DNA from: Candidatus Enterousia sp.
GTDB taxonomy: Bacteria; Pseudomonadota; Alphaproteobacteria; Rs-D84
NCBI GenBank assembly: GCA_045546195.1
Contig: JAZQCH010000008.1
Location: 7,481 to 71,480, forward strand
Length of the DNA: 64,000 nt
Reading direction: 5' to 3'
Position numbers and translations under genes: made by a program. Shown here piece after piece: positions 16,988 to 26,537 of this stretch (position 1 is the stretch's first letter; each line of letters opens with the position of its first letter). The notes beneath the pieces are model-generated. The model worked only from the letters and a program-made list of their open reading frames with translations. It made no database searches and was not told the origin of the DNA.

Positions 16988-17542
16988 TTCGCTTAATGCC
17001 GCGATAATTTCGGCGAAGTTATCGGACGCGTCGCCGGCGGCGTTGATTTCACTGAATTTTATGCCGGGGGCGTTGCGCAACCAATTAACGGCGGGCATTG
17101 TGATGTGCTGAAAATTTTCCAGGCGATGACGTATGATATCCATTGTGGCATCGTCGGCGCGTTTTGTGCCGTCGCGGACGCGTTTGTGGATGCGGGTAAT
17201 CAATGTTGCGTCATCGGTCGCTAAATACAGGATATGAATATCAAATTTGTCGGCATAGTTTTGAACCAGCCATTTTGCCTGGCCAATTGTGCGGGGAAAG
17301 CCATCCAGAATCATATCGTGGTCTGTGATTTTCTGGGCCATTAAATCACATACTAATTTATCCGGCACCAGGTTGCCCGCCGATATTAATTTTCCAATCT
17401 GGGAATCGGCCGATTCGGCGCGAAGCAGGGCGCCGGCTTCGATATGTTTGTATGGGTGGCGCGCCATTAACATGCGTGAAAATGTCCCCTTGCCAACGCC
17501 GGGGCCACCCATCATGACGATAATTTGTTTTTTGTTTTTCAT
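16985..17542 (-). CDS. adk: Adenylate kinase (short form)
   Basis: P-loop MMGGPGVGKGT, 185 aa, ..DGFPRT..Q motifs. Confidence 0.9.
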   Translation of the reverse strand: MKNKKQIIVMMGGPGVGKGTFSRMLMARHPYKHIEAGALLRAESADSQIGKLISAGNLVPDKLVCDLMAQKITDHDMILDGFPRTIGQAKWLVQNYADKFDIHILYLATDDATLITRIHKRVRDGTKRADDATMDIIRHRLENFQHITMPAVNWLRNAPGIKFSEINAAGDASDNFAEIIAALSE

Positions 17543-17610
17543 ATTGTAAATCTTATCATAAAAAACACCGTCCGCAAAGCAGACGGTGAAACATTTTACA
17601 GATTTGTAAA

Positions 17611-19326
17611 TTATTTTTTGCTGTTTTCAATAGCAGCGCCCAAGATGTCGCCCAAAACAGAACCGGAATCGGCTTCGTTTGCGAATTCTTTGACCGCCTG
17701 CTTTTCCAATGTCACCTGCAGGGCACGGATAGACAATTTAACAGTGTTGTCTTCGACCGAAACAACAGATGCTTCGACGCTGTCGCCAACATTGTATTTT
17801 GATGTGTCCTGTTCGGATTTTTCACGGGACAGGTCTGTGCGACGGATAATACCGCGTACATCGCCCGCCAATGTCAAAATCAATTCATCAGGTGTGACTT
17901 CGGAAACTGTGCCACATACAACTGCGCCTTTCTTGATAGAAGCGGCGTTGTTTTCAGCACTTTCTGTCAACTGTTTGATGCCCAGTGTAACGCGTTCTTT
18001 TTCTGGATTGATGTCCAAGATTTTCGCGGTTACTTCCTGGCCACGAACGAATTTCTTCAGTTCTTCTTCGTCCAGTTTGTTCCATGACAGGTCAGAAATG
18101 TGGACCATACCGTCCAATTCTGGGGTCAAGGCAACGAACAGACCGAATTCAGTTGTGTTCTTGATTGGGCCTGTGATTACGTCGCCAACATTGTGGGTTT
18201 CGGCAAACTGTTTCCATGGGTTTGGTTGCAGCTGTTTATAGCCCAATGAAATACGACGCTTGTCCTGGTCGATGCCCAAAACAACAACGTTCACATCCAT
18301 ACCGTTCTGCAGAACTTTGCTGGGGTGGATGTTCTTGTTTGTCCAGGACAGTTCAGACATGTGAACCAGACCTTCGATATTATTGCCCAGGTCAATGAAC
18401 GCACCGTAATCTGTCAAAGATGATACTTTGCCCGATACTGTGTCGCCAACATTGAACGCGCGGGACGCTGTTTCCCATGGGTCGTCTTCTAGTTGTTTCA
18501 TACCCAAGGAAATGCGATGTGATTCTGGGTCGAACTGGATAACTTTGACCTGAATCTTTTCACCAACGTGAACCAATTCGCGTGGGTGATTTACGCGCTT
18601 CCAAGACAAGTCGGTCACGTGTAACAGACCATCGATGCCACCCAAATCAACGAATACACCGTAATCTGTGATGTTTTTAACGGTACCTTCCAGTACTGCG
18701 CCCAGGGAAATGTTCTTCATCGCTTCTTTCTGCGCTGCGGCGATTGTGTCAGACTGAATCGCGCGACGGGATACAATTGCGTTTGTGCGCAAAGCGTCCA
18801 TTTTCAATACGCGGAATTTGTCTTTTAGACCAATCAAGGATTTCGCATCGCGGATTGGTTTGTGGTCAACCTGGGACGATGGCATAAATGCAAATACGCC
18901 ATTGATGTCAACGGTAAAGCCACCACGGACAACATCGATAATTGTACCTTCTGGGTCGATACCTTCGGCAACTGTCTTTTCCAGGTCTTTCCATGCCTTT
19001 TCAGCGCGGGCCTTGGTATATGACAGAACGGCTGTGCCTTCGCGGGATTCATAACGTTCAACGAAAACGTCGATGATGTCGCCAACGGATGGAACAGATG
19101 CACCGAATTCTTTTAATGGAACGCGACCTTCGGATTTCAGGCCAACATCAACCATCGCAAAATCACCACGGATATCTTTGACTGTACCCTTGGTCGCATA
19201 GCCCTGTAAAGTTTCCTGAGTGCCATAGTTCGCGTCAAACATCTGGACAAAATCTTCGCCAGATAATGGATTAAATAAATCTTTGGATAAATCTTTCATA
19301 AGAAAATATTCATCAAAGTTTGCCAC
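17611..19326 (-). CDS. rpsA: 30S ribosomal protein S1
   Basis: 571 aa with six S1-domain repeats (..G.V..I.DFGAFVDLG.. pattern repeated). Exact start is uncertain (GTG 19326 or ATG 19299). Confidence 0.95.
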   Translation of the reverse strand: MANFDEYFLMKDLSKDLFNPLSGEDFVQMFDANYGTQETLQGYATKGTVKDIRGDFAMVDVGLKSEGRVPLKEFGASVPSVGDIIDVFVERYESREGTAVLSYTKARAEKAWKDLEKTVAEGIDPEGTIIDVVRGGFTVDINGVFAFMPSSQVDHKPIRDAKSLIGLKDKFRVLKMDALRTNAIVSRRAIQSDTIAAAQKEAMKNISLGAVLEGTVKNITDYGVFVDLGGIDGLLHVTDLSWKRVNHPRELVHVGEKIQVKVIQFDPESHRISLGMKQLEDDPWETASRAFNVGDTVSGKVSSLTDYGAFIDLGNNIEGLVHMSELSWTNKNIHPSKVLQNGMDVNVVVLGIDQDKRRISLGYKQLQPNPWKQFAETHNVGDVITGPIKNTTEFGLFVALTPELDGMVHISDLSWNKLDEEELKKFVRGQEVTAKILDINPEKERVTLGIKQLTESAENNAASIKKGAVVCGTVSEVTPDELILTLAGDVRGIIRRTDLSREKSEQDTSKYNVGDSVEASVVSVEDNTVKLSIRALQVTLEKQAVKEFANEADSGSVLGDILGAAIENSKK

Positions 19327-19497
19327 CCTTCACCAAGGTTTCGGGTGGCAGGCCACCTAAAATCTCTCTGGGGGACTTGTGGGGTTAATCGGATTGATAA
19401 TGCGCCCACCCGCAAAATCAGAACAATTATATGTGTTTTTTTAGAAATTGCAAGGGTTTGTTCATTAAAAATACATCCCCCCGTTGCGGGGGGCGTG

Positions 19498-20577
19498 TCA
19501 ATCGATTTGAACAGGTATAATTGTTTGACGCTTGGTCGTGTCCAGCGCATGATACTGGAACGGGACGGTTGAAAAGTCTATGGATTTTATGTCAATGCTG
19601 CGAATTGTGCGGTTGTACATGGTGTGATAATATATCGTCATGTTTGTTAGGTCGGTCGCAACTGTCCACTGGGTCGCAGACGGCATATTGTTTGGGGCGG
19701 CGCCAACCGCAAACTGAACCCCCAATGGTACATCAAAGTTATTCAGCAGATGAAATGCCTGGTTCACGGTATCCATGGCGGTTGGCTGTTCCAATGAATA
19801 TGTTTTCAAGAATGCCGCACGAACAAATCGCGACGGTGGGGTAAAGTCCCCCGGCAGGCCCAGAAACCCAGCCCCCGAACCAAACGCCCGCAGGTCAATT
19901 GGGCCGAAGTTGCTTGGGCCTGCGCCGCCAGGGTGTAAATTTACATAGTTGTTCAGGTTGGTTGTTTGCCATGGGAATCCGGGTGCGTTGGTCAAAACGC
20001 CGATTTCATTTTCATAAAAGTTTGGACGGCCATCCACGATTTCCAAGACAACCTGGCGACCAGATGGTTCAGTAATGCGCCAGTGTACGGTTGATGCAGA
20101 TGGGTCTATGTTGATAATGCGCACATCGTTGATGGCGGCTTTGACCTGGTCGATGGTGGAAAATCGAGACAGTATCCATGATACAACCTGGAAATCGGCC
20201 AGTGAAATGTCTTGGTCGGATTCATTATATGGTTTGTATTCGCCATAGTTCGGAAAATAGAACAGGGCGGCGGATAAACCTGCTTCGTTCGTGCCATCAA
20301 CCACAAATTCAGGCTGTTCAACCGCCATGCCAACATAACCGTAAAGTGTTGTGTATGACAGACCGTTCATTGTCCCGTCGGGCAGTAATGATTGCATCGC
20401 GTGACCGCGTGGAACAATGGTATAAATGTTGTTCATTTCTGTGCCAGACCAATCAATAGTTCGTGCGACGATGGTTGCCCCGTCTTTGGATTTAAGTGTT
20501 ATGCCGGTACATGCCGTGGCAGATTGTATCAATGTCAGGCACGCAATCAATGCCCCCAGTATTTTTATGTGTGTCAT
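19498..20577 (-). CDS. Choloylglycine hydrolase / penicillin V acylase family Ntn-hydrolase
   Basis: ATG at 20577 gives signal peptide ..LIACLTLIQSATA followed by the nucleophile Cys in CTGITLKSKDGATIVARTIDW. Confidence 0.75.
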   Translation of the reverse strand: MTHIKILGALIACLTLIQSATACTGITLKSKDGATIVARTIDWSGTEMNNIYTIVPRGHAMQSLLPDGTMNGLSYTTLYGYVGMAVEQPEFVVDGTNEAGLSAALFYFPNYGEYKPYNESDQDISLADFQVVSWILSRFSTIDQVKAAINDVRIINIDPSASTVHWRITEPSGRQVVLEIVDGRPNFYENEIGVLTNAPGFPWQTTNLNNYVNLHPGGAGPSNFGPIDLRAFGSGAGFLGLPGDFTPPSRFVRAAFLKTYSLEQPTAMDTVNQAFHLLNNFDVPLGVQFAVGAAPNNMPSATQWTVATDLTNMTIYYHTMYNRTIRSIDIKSIDFSTVPFQYHALDTTKRQTIIPVQID

Positions 20578-20702
20578 GTGCGCTTTGCCCCCTTTGGTTG
20601 GATATATTATTGATGTTTTTGCCCAATAATTCACTAGGGGTGATTTCATAAAAATATTTTGATTGATTTTTATTTTTTATCGTTATATAATGCGCGACGC
20701 AT

Positions 20703-20776
20703 TGGGGCATAGTTTAATGGTAGAACTCCGGACTCTGACTCCGTCAGTGTTGGTTCGAATCCAGCTGCCCCAACCA
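20703..20776 (+). tRNA. tRNA-Gln (anticodon CUG)
   Basis: Hand-folded cloverleaf: acceptor TGGGGCA/TGCCCCA, anticodon loop CT-CTG-AC, T-arm GTTGG-TTCGAAT-CCAGC, encoded CCA. Confidence 0.85.
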
Positions 20777-20785
20777 GAATAAAAT

Positions 20786-20814
20786 AAAAATGCCCCATCG
20801 GGGCATTTTTGTTT
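20786..20814 (+). terminator. Intrinsic terminator after tRNA-Gln
   Basis: AAAAATGCCCC-ATC-GGGGCATTTTTG. Confidence 0.7.
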
Positions 20815-20819
20815 TATTC

Positions 20820-20835
20820 GGGGCGGCTGGATCGG
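20820..20835 (-). other. Inverted partial copy of the tRNA-Gln T-arm/acceptor 3' end
   Basis: GGGGCGGCTGGATCGG resembles the reverse complement of tRNA positions ..GAATCCAGCTGCCCC (about 14/16). Confidence 0.5.
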
Positions 20836-20861
20836 TCAGAGCGTTGAAAACGCGCATGATC

Positions 20862-20924
20862 AATACGAGAATAGACAATTAAGAAAATCTTAAAAAATCG
20901 ACCAAGGGAGATTTTTTTGATTTT
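20862..20924. repeat. Dispersed repeat, inverted partner at 51988-52165
   Basis: AATTAAGAAAATCTTAAAAAATCGACCAAGGGAGATTTTTTTGATTTT (20877-20924) matches the reverse complement of 52118-52165 at 45/48. The preceding AATACGAGAATAGAC matches the reverse complement of 52004-52018. Confidence 0.85.
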
Positions 20925-21096
20925 ATTTATTTGTATATCGAGGCACCCAGCTGCGGCCGCCCAAAAATTCAAACGCCCCGTGTGGGCGCTTTATTTTTTT
21001 GTGATTACAGAAATAAATTTTTATTGAATAAAAAAATATGTGTGCTAAGTTGAATATAATCATATTTGTAGGAATTATTTGACGAAAGGAGAAGTC

Positions 21097-24000
21097 ATGT
21101 CCAATACAAAACATTTGGCGGATTTGTTGAAAGTCTGCAGTATTTTGCCAGCCTTGGCAATTATGCCCGCAATGGCGGAAGAATATACCGTGGTGTCGGA
21201 AACAAAAATAGCCGAAATAGAAACTATATCAGGCGGTCATTCATGGTTGGATGCTTCTACAGCTTCAGGTAACCAGTCTGTTTGGTTTATCAAAGATGGA
21301 GATGTGACTGTTTTGTCTGAGGCAGTATTTGCAAATAACAGGGCAGATTCGGGTATTTTTTCTACATCATCAACGGCACCATCTTCTTTGACTTTGAATC
21401 CCGGGGTTGTATTTGAAAATAATACCGTTCGTTTTGATGGTGGGGCGGTTGCTAATTATAATACTTTGAATGCAAATGGTGTGACGTTCCGTAAAAATAC
21501 GGCACAGACTGATTTTGAAAATGATACAACCCCAATGGGTGGTGGTGCGTTGGCATTGGGTTCTGAATCAAAGACGATGATTCAGAATAGTATATTTAGT
21601 CAGAATGAGTCAAAGTATCATGGTGGTGCCATTGCAATGCGTGGACCAAATGATGGCGATAATTCGGCCGCTGATTTAGATATTATTGATTCTGAATTCA
21701 GAGGGAATATTGCTGCACAAAATGGTGGGGCGATTTATTCAACATTCTATGACAGTGAAAATGTCAAAGATTCTGTATATATTGAAGATAATGAATTCGT
21801 TGCAAATACAGCTGTTAATGGTGGCGCGATTTATAATGAAGGATTAGCAGATCGCAGTGATAATGTTGCCGCAATGAAGGTTATTGATTCAGAATTTGTT
21901 GGTAATATCGTAACGAATTATGGTGGCGCAATTTATAATGGCAGTAAATTGGTATTGGAAGATTCAGAGTTTAGCAAGAACGACGCGTATGTTGGTGGGG
22001 CTATGTTCTTGGCCAAGGGGTCGGATACGACAATTAAAAATTCTGAATTTGATTCGAATACCGCGGATTTTGGTGGTGCTATTTATACGTCAACGGCAAT
22101 TAAAAATGTTGATATTTCAGATTCTGAATTTACAAATAATAGCGCATTGGGTGCAGGTGCCGCTGGTATTTTTTACAAAGGTACATTGAACAATGTTTTG
22201 TTTAGTGGGAATAAAGCAACAGATGCAACCGATGATGGCGCGGGTGCATTGTTCTTGGGGGCGTTGTCGCAGGTGCAGTTGAATAATGTTGACTTTGTTA
22301 ACAATACTTCGGCGGCAATGGGTGGTGCAATCGCAATGCGCGGCGTACACGAAGGTAATAACAAGGATGCAAAACTGGATATAATCGGCGGTAGTTTTAC
22401 AGGTAATACTGCCGCAGCAGAAGGTGGTGCAATCTTTAGTACATTCTATGATAGTGAAAATGTTAAGGATTCGGTGTATATCAAGGGAACGGAATTTACA
22501 AAGAATTCTGCGGAAAGAGGTGGCGCGATTTACACCGAAGGCAAAGCTGATTTGGGTGGTGGATTGGCGTCTATGAAAATCGAAGGCGCAAAGTTCACAG
22601 AAAATACAGCCATGGCAGGAGGCGGTGCAATTCATAATTTAAGTACGCTGACGATTGAAAATAGCGATTTTTCAGGAAATAAATCTATCAGTGGTAATGG
22701 TGATGGTGGGGCGATTTATACGAACACCGGGGCACTGACGCTGAAAAATGTAGATTTCGAGGATAACTTTGTGACCGCTAATGCCCAAGGCGATATGGGG
22801 TATGGCGGTGCGATTTTCGCCCAAGGCGGAATCATTGATATCCAAGGCGGTGAATATGAAAAGAATCATGCGTTGACCGGTGGGGCAATGTATGTATCTG
22901 GCAAGGCAACATCTGTAAATATTGAAAATGTTGAATTTGAAGGAAACTGGGCGTCTGATATTGGTGCGCTGGGTATCTTTGGCAAAAATGTGACATTAAC
23001 TAATTTGATGTTTACAGACAACTATACCACGGGTCAGTACAAGGATTTTGGCTTTAATGACGGTGGTGGCGCGTTGTTCTTTGGGGCGACCGCCCAGGCG
23101 GTTTTAGATAAGGGAACATTTGTTTCAAATGAATCCGCAGGTGTGGGGGGCGCAATCGCAACACGCAGCCCGGATAAGGGTGATAACAGTGCGGCAAAGT
23201 TAGATATTAAGAATTCTACGTTCCGTGAAAATGTCGCAGCAACACAAGGTGGGGCGATTTATACTGCGTTCCATAACAGTAAAGAAGCGATAGATAATGT
23301 TTATTTGGCGGATTCTGTGTTTGTCGCAAATAAGGCAAACGAAGGTGGTGCCATCTATAACGAAGGGTTGGCGGATCGTGGCGACAACTTTGCGTCTATT
23401 TATATGACCGGTGTGACATTTAAAGATAATGTTGCATCTGTTAATGGTGGCGCAGTATTTAATGGCGCAGGTGGTACAGTCAACTTGGCCGGTATAAATG
23501 TGTTCAGTGGTAATGTGGCCCATGGATTGGCAAATGATATCCATAATATGGGTACATTAAATATCACGGGTGGTACAACCACATTGGATGGTGGTGTGAC
23601 GGGTACTGGTACATTTACGTTGGCATCGGGCGCAGAACTTGATATTGCTACGGCCGCGATTAAACAGGGGACAATCAACCTGGATGGTACAGTTGTGGCA
23701 TCGTTGTTGAACGATTCAGCACGCGGTGGTTCGTATGGGCGATTCATCGGTGATGTGCAGGTTGGCGACAACGCAATGTTTAATCTGAATGTTGGGGCTG
23801 TGGGTACCTATAATATCTGGGATGGTAAAATCGTCAAGGCCGACCAGGTGTCCGTTGGTGATATCTATGAAATCGCAGGTATTGATGTAAATGGTGTCAA
23901 GATTGTGACCAAGTCTGTTGATGAAATCGCAGAAACAGTTGGTGTCACAACCCAGGCGGCGGGCGCAGTCGCAGGTTTGGCAAATTCACACAGTGGCAAG

Positions 24001-24987
24001 GCGCACCAGGTGTCATTGGCATTACAGGATGCGTTGAACAGTGGTGATATTGCCACAGTTGAAGAAGAAGCCCAGAAACTGAATCCAACAGATAAGCCTG
24101 TGGCCCAGGCGGCGGCATCTTCGGTTCAGAACCAGGTTCTGGTGCTGACAGCGGGGCGTATGGCGGGCGGTGTTTCCGTCGGGCGTGCCGGTGGTGATGA
24201 AAAGACACAGGAAAATGGCTTCTGGATTCAGGGATTGTTTAATAAGTCAAAGTTCGGTGGCGAATTCCATGGATACACGCGTGGGGTTGCGTTGGGTGCC
24301 GATACTCTGATTGACAGAAAATGGACAATCGGTGGTGGGTTGGCATTTAATAACAGTGATGTTCATGCCGACGATTTACATACTGATATCGACAGCAAGA
24401 CCCTGTTCCTGTATGGCCAGTACAAACCAAACAATTGGTTTGTGAACGCAACGGCGACATATAGCATGTCTGAATACACAGATAATAAAGTGTTTATTGG
24501 TGGTGTTGATGACAGTTATACATATGATGTCGATGCGTATGGTGCCCAGGTTATGACTGGATATGATTTCGCGCCGGGTATTACAACCGAAGCGGGTGTG
24601 CGTTATCTGCATGTCGCCCAGGATGGATATACCGACAGTATGAACATTACGACGGTCAAAGCGTTGGATACAGATTTCCTGACGGGGGTTGCGGGTGTGA
24701 AATATGCGTTCGCAATCGAAAACGATTGGGCAATCCAGTTGCGCCCAGAACTGCGTGCGGCGATGACATACGATATCATCAGCGATGATGCGATGGCAAC
24801 CGTTGTTATGCCGGGTGTCGCATCGTACAAAGTTGATGTAGAACGTCTGAGCCGTATGGGTGGTGAATTCGGTATCGGGTTGACCGCACTGTACAAGGGC
24901 GTGGAAGTGTCACTGGTGTATGATTTGGATTTACATCGTGATTATACTTCACAGACGGGGATGATTAAATTCCGTGGACGCTTCTAA
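21097..24987 (+). CDS. Autotransporter with polymorphic-outer-membrane-protein (Pmp) type GGAI/FxxN repeats
   Basis: AGGAG precedes ATG 21097. Signal peptide ..ILPALAIMPAMA. Dozens of GGAIY / F.GN / F..N motifs. The C-terminal ~280 aa is beta-barrel-like and ends ..KFRGRF. Confidence 0.85.
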   Translation: MSNTKHLADLLKVCSILPALAIMPAMAEEYTVVSETKIAEIETISGGHSWLDASTASGNQSVWFIKDGDVTVLSEAVFANNRADSGIFSTSSTAPSSLTLNPGVVFENNTVRFDGGAVANYNTLNANGVTFRKNTAQTDFENDTTPMGGGALALGSESKTMIQNSIFSQNESKYHGGAIAMRGPNDGDNSAADLDIIDSEFRGNIAAQNGGAIYSTFYDSENVKDSVYIEDNEFVANTAVNGGAIYNEGLADRSDNVAAMKVIDSEFVGNIVTNYGGAIYNGSKLVLEDSEFSKNDAYVGGAMFLAKGSDTTIKNSEFDSNTADFGGAIYTSTAIKNVDISDSEFTNNSALGAGAAGIFYKGTLNNVLFSGNKATDATDDGAGALFLGALSQVQLNNVDFVNNTSAAMGGAIAMRGVHEGNNKDAKLDIIGGSFTGNTAAAEGGAIFSTFYDSENVKDSVYIKGTEFTKNSAERGGAIYTEGKADLGGGLASMKIEGAKFTENTAMAGGGAIHNLSTLTIENSDFSGNKSISGNGDGGAIYTNTGALTLKNVDFEDNFVTANAQGDMGYGGAIFAQGGIIDIQGGEYEKNHALTGGAMYVSGKATSVNIENVEFEGNWASDIGALGIFGKNVTLTNLMFTDNYTTGQYKDFGFNDGGGALFFGATAQAVLDKGTFVSNESAGVGGAIATRSPDKGDNSAAKLDIKNSTFRENVAATQGGAIYTAFHNSKEAIDNVYLADSVFVANKANEGGAIYNEGLADRGDNFASIYMTGVTFKDNVASVNGGAVFNGAGGTVNLAGINVFSGNVAHGLANDIHNMGTLNITGGTTTLDGGVTGTGTFTLASGAELDIATAAIKQGTINLDGTVVASLLNDSARGGSYGRFIGDVQVGDNAMFNLNVGAVGTYNIWDGKIVKADQVSVGDIYEIAGIDVNGVKIVTKSVDEIAETVGVTTQAAGAVAGLANSHSGKAHQVSLALQDALNSGDIATVEEEAQKLNPTDKPVAQAAASSVQNQVLVLTAGRMAGGVSVGRAGGDEKTQENGFWIQGLFNKSKFGGEFHGYTRGVALGADTLIDRKWTIGGGLAFNNSDVHADDLHTDIDSKTLFLYGQYKPNNWFVNATATYSMSEYTDNKVFIGGVDDSYTYDVDAYGAQVMTGYDFAPGITTEAGVRYLHVAQDGYTDSMNITTVKALDTDFLTGVAGVKYAFAIENDWAIQLRPELRAAMTYDIISDDAMATVVMPGVASYKVDVERLSRMGGEFGIGLTALYKGVEVSLVYDLDLHRDYTSQTGMIKFRGRF

Positions 24988-24996
24988 ATAAAATCT

Positions 24997-25244
24997 AATG
25001 GCATATCTATGAACGGTGCCGTCCCCTCATGTAGCGGTATGTACACTACGGGGACGGCACTGTCCATATCTATACCATTATCTTTTATTTTAAAAAATGC
25101 TATGGCATATCTGCGGGCGGGGGCGACATCTTATGTAGCGTTTGTACACTACGATGCCGCCCCCATCCCGTATCTATACCATTATCTTTTATTTAACGCC
25201 AAGGAGTAGGGTAGTGTTTGTACACCGATGTTGTCGGGATTATT
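24997..25244. repeat. Palindromic-unit array 1 (2 full units plus 1 degenerate)
   Basis: Unit: AATGGCATATCTATG, left arm, TCATGTAGCG..TGTACACTAC, right arm, CCATATCTATACCATT. Loop box GTACACTAC occurs at 25041 and 25144, with a degenerate GTACACC at 25220. Lies between convergent genes. Confidence 0.85.
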
Positions 25245-25254
25245 TCGCACCTGC

Positions 25255-25473
25255 TTAGCGAAGTTTTTGTTTGGGAAACAGGTGGTTGTGTATTTGCTTT
25301 ATTTTTTCAATTACGCGTTCATAAAAAAATGGTTCGTTTAACATGCGTTCTTCGCGGGCGGCGGCAATCGCCAGTTTTTCAGCCCGGCGTTCGCGGTCAA
25401 CACGTTCAAATTCAGTCTGTATCGCAGGGTCGCGATAGTTTGGGTCTGTGATTGTGATGCCGTATTCATCCAT
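25255..25473 (-). CDS. Hypothetical 72-aa protein downstream of the virB11-like gene
   Basis: ORF with charged helical composition (..ERVDRERRAEKLAIAAAREER..), 27 nt after the virB11-like stop on the same strand. No recognisable motif. Confidence 0.45.
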   Translation of the reverse strand: MDEYGITITDPNYRDPAIQTEFERVDRERRAEKLAIAAAREERMLNEPFFYERVIEKIKQIHNHLFPKQKLR

Positions 25474-25500
25474 TATATTATCCTTTGGTTTTGCGGGGTA

Positions 25501-26460
25501 CTATACAACTTCTGTCACAGCACGCAAGGCCCCATCGCGCGATAATTGTACAACGCGAATCTTTTTTTTCATTTCCGTAATCAAATCTGTGCGATTGTAT
25601 GCGGGTTGGGTGTGTAAAATGCGGTCGGCAAATGCCGCATAGGCGGCGTCCGCACTTTCCGCGTGAATCGTTGTATAGAAATGGTCGTGACCCGTTCCCA
25701 ACATTTCCCACAAAACAGATGCATTGTCGGTCGATATTTCGCCCCCAATAATTACATCGGGTGTCATGCGCACAACCAGGTCCAACAGGCGCGCATAATT
25801 AAAATCGTTCGTTTGTTCGGTGCGCGATAAAACAAAGTGTACCCGATTCGGTTGTGGTACGCGGATTTCGCGCGCGTCTTCGACGGTAATCACACGGCTG
25901 TTTTTATCAATCAGGGTCAGCATGTGATTCAAAAATGTCGTTTTTCCCGTTGCCGTCGCGCCGGATATCAATATGGGACTGCCGTCATTGATGGCGGACA
26001 TCAGGCGGTCGTATGGATCGTCGGGGCGGATGTTTTCGCGGGGCTTTACCTTTAACAATTTTTCCCCACGACGCAGGTGATAATTTTCAAAACTGGTATC
26101 CGGGGCACCGCCGCCGCGTATGTTTAATGCGACGCCGCCGGTGATGTCGCGTTCGTCGTATTGGACATTTGGACCCGCGATTGCGGTAAAACGATGATTG
26201 CCGGGCAGGGTGGCATATACCACAGGCATGCCGTGTATTGGATCAAATGGACGTTCATAGATGTTCGCAACGGTATGAATTAAATCGACCAGGTATTGCT
26301 TGCTTAATACCTCGGCCTGGTACGATACCCATGGAACGCGCGCACCGTGCAGACGCATCCAAACCTCGCCTGCGTGGTTGATGGCGATTTCTTCGACAAA
26401 TGATGGCGAATAAAATTCAGCCAACGGTTTTAATAAAGATTCCAGAACTATATTTGACAT
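25501..26460 (-). CDS. virB11: VirB11/TrbB-family type IV secretion ATPase (orphan)
   Basis: Walker A ISGATATGKTT, Walker B/Asp box RVITVEDAREI, His box GTGHDHFYTTIHAES, about 320 aa. Start chosen at ATG 26460 (MSNIVLESLLKPL..). Confidence 0.8.
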   Translation of the reverse strand: MSNIVLESLLKPLAEFYSPSFVEEIAINHAGEVWMRLHGARVPWVSYQAEVLSKQYLVDLIHTVANIYERPFDPIHGMPVVYATLPGNHRFTAIAGPNVQYDERDITGGVALNIRGGGAPDTSFENYHLRRGEKLLKVKPRENIRPDDPYDRLMSAINDGSPILISGATATGKTTFLNHMLTLIDKNSRVITVEDAREIRVPQPNRVHFVLSRTEQTNDFNYARLLDLVVRMTPDVIIGGEISTDNASVLWEMLGTGHDHFYTTIHAESADAAYAAFADRILHTQPAYNRTDLITEMKKKIRVVQLSRDGALRAVTEVV

Positions 26461-26537
26461 CAACTTAATTTTATCATAAATCGTGACTTGAATCAAAAAT
26501 CTTTATTTGTTAGAATCATAAAAAAGAGAGATTGAAT

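Noticed and set aside
17525-18241. 238-aa plus-strand ORF
   Set aside because: It is antisense to rpsA. S/T/F-rich shadow ORF.
25009-25209. 66-aa ORF (and the 82-aa ORF 40496-40744) across the palindromic arrays
   Set aside because: These are translations of repeated hairpin DNA (the recurring VAFVHY peptide comes from the loop box). There is no SD, and the ORFs overlap the repeat structure exactly.
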